A stretch of DNA of 34,210 bases, from positions 1-34,210 of the forward strand of contig JAGGYO010000139.1 of NCBI GenBank assembly GCA_021162505.1, in the 5' to 3' direction. The notes beneath the pieces were generated by a model that saw only the letters and a list, made by a program, of their open reading frames with translations, had not been told where the DNA came from and searched no databases. Below, in pieces: positions 32,654 through 34,210 of the stretch; the first letter of the stretch is position 1, and each line of letters opens with the position of its first letter. Both the position numbers and the translations under genes were made by a program. The stretch is from a bacterium (GTDB lineage Bacteria > AUK180).

Positions 32654-33424
32654 TTGTTCGTAATAATATCAATCCTCATATCTCTAATTATTATAACTTT
32701 TCTCTATGCTTATTTTTATGAAAAAAACAGATTGATAATAAAAGAATATTATTTAAAAGGTATTCCATTTGATATGATGCTGATTTCAGGTATTCATTAT
32801 AGGAAACATACAAGATTTTTGGCAAAACTCGCAGAGAAGATAGTTGGTTTGGACATTGATATTATCTTGAATGGGGGTGATACATTTGAAAATGTAGAAG
32901 ATTTCGAACTTCTCAATGTTTTTAAGGGTCATCGTTCTTTTTTTGTTCTTGGTAACAATGATCATGGTAAAAAGGATGATCCTAAAAGGATTGAAAAAAT
33001 TGAAACCATTTTAGAAAAACATAATATACAATTAATGAGAAATGAAAATGTAAAATTGGCAGACAATTTTTATCTTATTGGTATTGATGATCCTCATAAA
33101 TTCAAGGAAGATGTAAAAACATCCTTCGAAAACATCCCGTATAATGCAATTAAATTTGTTCTTACCCATTCACCAGAGGCAAATATAGAAATATTAAAAT
33201 ATGAACCTGATTATATCTTTTTCGGGCATACGCATGGAGGGCAGGTAAGAATACCATTTATTGGGTCAATTTTTAATAATATAAAAAGGGGAAAAGTCCC
33301 AAAACTCGGGATCACAAAAAAGGGTAAAACAATGCTTATTCACACATCCGGTCTTGGAACCACTCTTTTACCCCTTCGGCTTTTCAATCCTCCCGAGATT
33401 ATTGTTCTAAGGAAGGAAATATAA
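32654..33424 (+). CDS. Membrane-anchored calcineurin-like metallophosphoesterase
   Basis: TTG start directly after the cysS stop, followed by an N-terminal TM helix. Motifs GGDTFEN, GNNDHG, LTHSP and GHTHGGQ are present. The first motif, usually DxH, reads SGIH. Confidence 0.7.
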   Translation: MFVIISILISLIIITFLYAYFYEKNRLIIKEYYLKGIPFDMMLISGIHYRKHTRFLAKLAEKIVGLDIDIILNGGDTFENVEDFELLNVFKGHRSFFVLGNNDHGKKDDPKRIEKIETILEKHNIQLMRNENVKLADNFYLIGIDDPHKFKEDVKTSFENIPYNAIKFVLTHSPEANIEILKYEPDYIFFGHTHGGQVRIPFIGSIFNNIKRGKVPKLGITKKGKTMLIHTSGLGTTLLPLRLFNPPEIIVLRKEI

Positions 33425-33591
33425 TAACCGTTCAAAATTGTTTTAAATTTATTGAGCAACTTCGAAACTTTTAAAAGTATTTAAGTGCAAACTAAAAAAA
33501 TATTTGAATTAATAGAGATAAAATTGTAAAATAAATTAAGGATAGCCCCGATTAGAACTAAAACTTTTAACGGGGCAAGGGAGTTTGACAT

Positions 33592-34210
33592 ATGAAAAAG
33601 AGTATTTTTAAAGGGATTTTGGTTGTATTGTTGATTTTTGTTTTAGGTTTAGGTTTTCAAGGTTGCAAAAATAAAGTTGAAAATATTCAAAAAAAACAGG
33701 TTAAAAAGATAGAGAAGAAAGAAAATATAACACAACCTATTGAAAAAAAAGAAGTGGCTAAAAAACATAAAATAAAAAAGATAAAACTAAGTTCAAAATT
33801 AATTGATGATAAAATAAAGAAACATATTGATTGGAAGAATAAAGACGAAATAAAATTTTTAAAAAAATATTTAAAGACAAATGAAATGACAGACAAACGT
33901 TTTTATGATGAATACGAAATAAAGCCTGATTTTTTTGATGATAAAGATGAATATGATAAAAAGAAAGTAAATGCATTGGTTGTAGATGGTATCATAAAAT
34001 ATAAAACAGAAATAATGAAGAAAAAATATGAAGATTATATAAATTCTGAACAATATAAAAAAGATTTCAAAAAGTGTGCCGCGAAATTTATAAAAGATCC
34101 GCCATTATCCAAAAATGAATTGAGGGATATGTATGGAATAGAAAATTATGATTCATTAAATACGGAAAATAAGATAATTTTAATGGAATCACTTCTATCT
34201 GATAATATTA
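33592..34210 (+). CDS. Lys-rich putative lipoprotein, 3' end outside the window
   Basis: ATG at 33592 after AAGGGAG. The signal peptide has a lipobox (VLGLGFQGC). The frame stays open to the window end. It is absent from the ORF track because no stop codon is reached. Confidence 0.6.
   Translation, partial: MKKSIFKGILVVLLIFVLGLGFQGCKNKVENIQKKQVKKIEKKENITQPIEKKEVAKKHKIKKIKLSSKLIDDKIKKHIDWKNKDEIKFLKKYLKTNEMTDKRFYDEYEIKPDFFDDKDEYDKKKVNALVVDGIIKYKTEIMKKKYEDYINSEQYKKDFKKCAAKFIKDPPLSKNELRDMYGIENYDSLNTENKIILMESLLSDNI

Noticed and set aside
1-34210. I looked for rRNA, tRNA, tmRNA, riboswitch leaders, IS elements, integrases and prophage genes.
   Set aside because: No G+C-rich structured segment of tRNA or rRNA size was seen. 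No transposase, integrase or phage-like ORFs were seen. Intergenic gaps are mostly too short for leaders. A covariance-model scan (tRNAscan/Infernal) would be the decisive check.

Overview
AT-rich (roughly one-third G+C by eye), very gene-dense chromosomal segment from a diderm bacterium. The diderm call rests on the bamA-skp-lpxD-fabZ-lpxA outer-membrane/lipid A cluster. All calls come from motif recognition by eye; no searches were run. After a short minus-strand block at the left edge (an MBL hydrolase, a PGI/PMI-like isomerase and a 12-codon gene start), every credible gene from 1767 to the right edge is on the + strand. Many of these genes have overlapping stop/start codons.

Most content is housekeeping: pheST, zapA-like, recJ, lemA-htpX, surE-pcm, a galT-like gene plus glgA, bamA-skp-lpxD-fabZ-lpxA, and cysS. 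I saw no rRNA, tRNA, CRISPR array, transposase or integrase.

The parts that deserve a second look are:
1. A tightly coupled five-gene cassette at 3846-8980. It combines five ComEA-type helix-hairpin-helix DNA-binding modules, an exported stand-alone ComEC-type MBL nuclease domain, an intact UvrD/PcrA homologue with every ATPase motif degenerate, and two tail-anchored microproteins. An A11 tract could fuse the nuclease to one of those membrane anchors.
2. An internally duplicated Cas4/AddB-type four-cysteine nuclease (12857-14305) that is translationally coupled to recJ.
3. A four-helix-bundle (23S rRNA IVS protein/Avd family) gene bracketed by inverted arrays of GTCNAAN heptamers, inserted exactly at the htpX stop codon.
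4. An in-frame cupin/transketolase chimeric ORF behind a consensus promoter.
5. A decayed small-protein/nucleotidyltransferase pair overrun by REP-like hairpin repeats.
6. An unusual 8-bp tandem repeat at 2493-2539.
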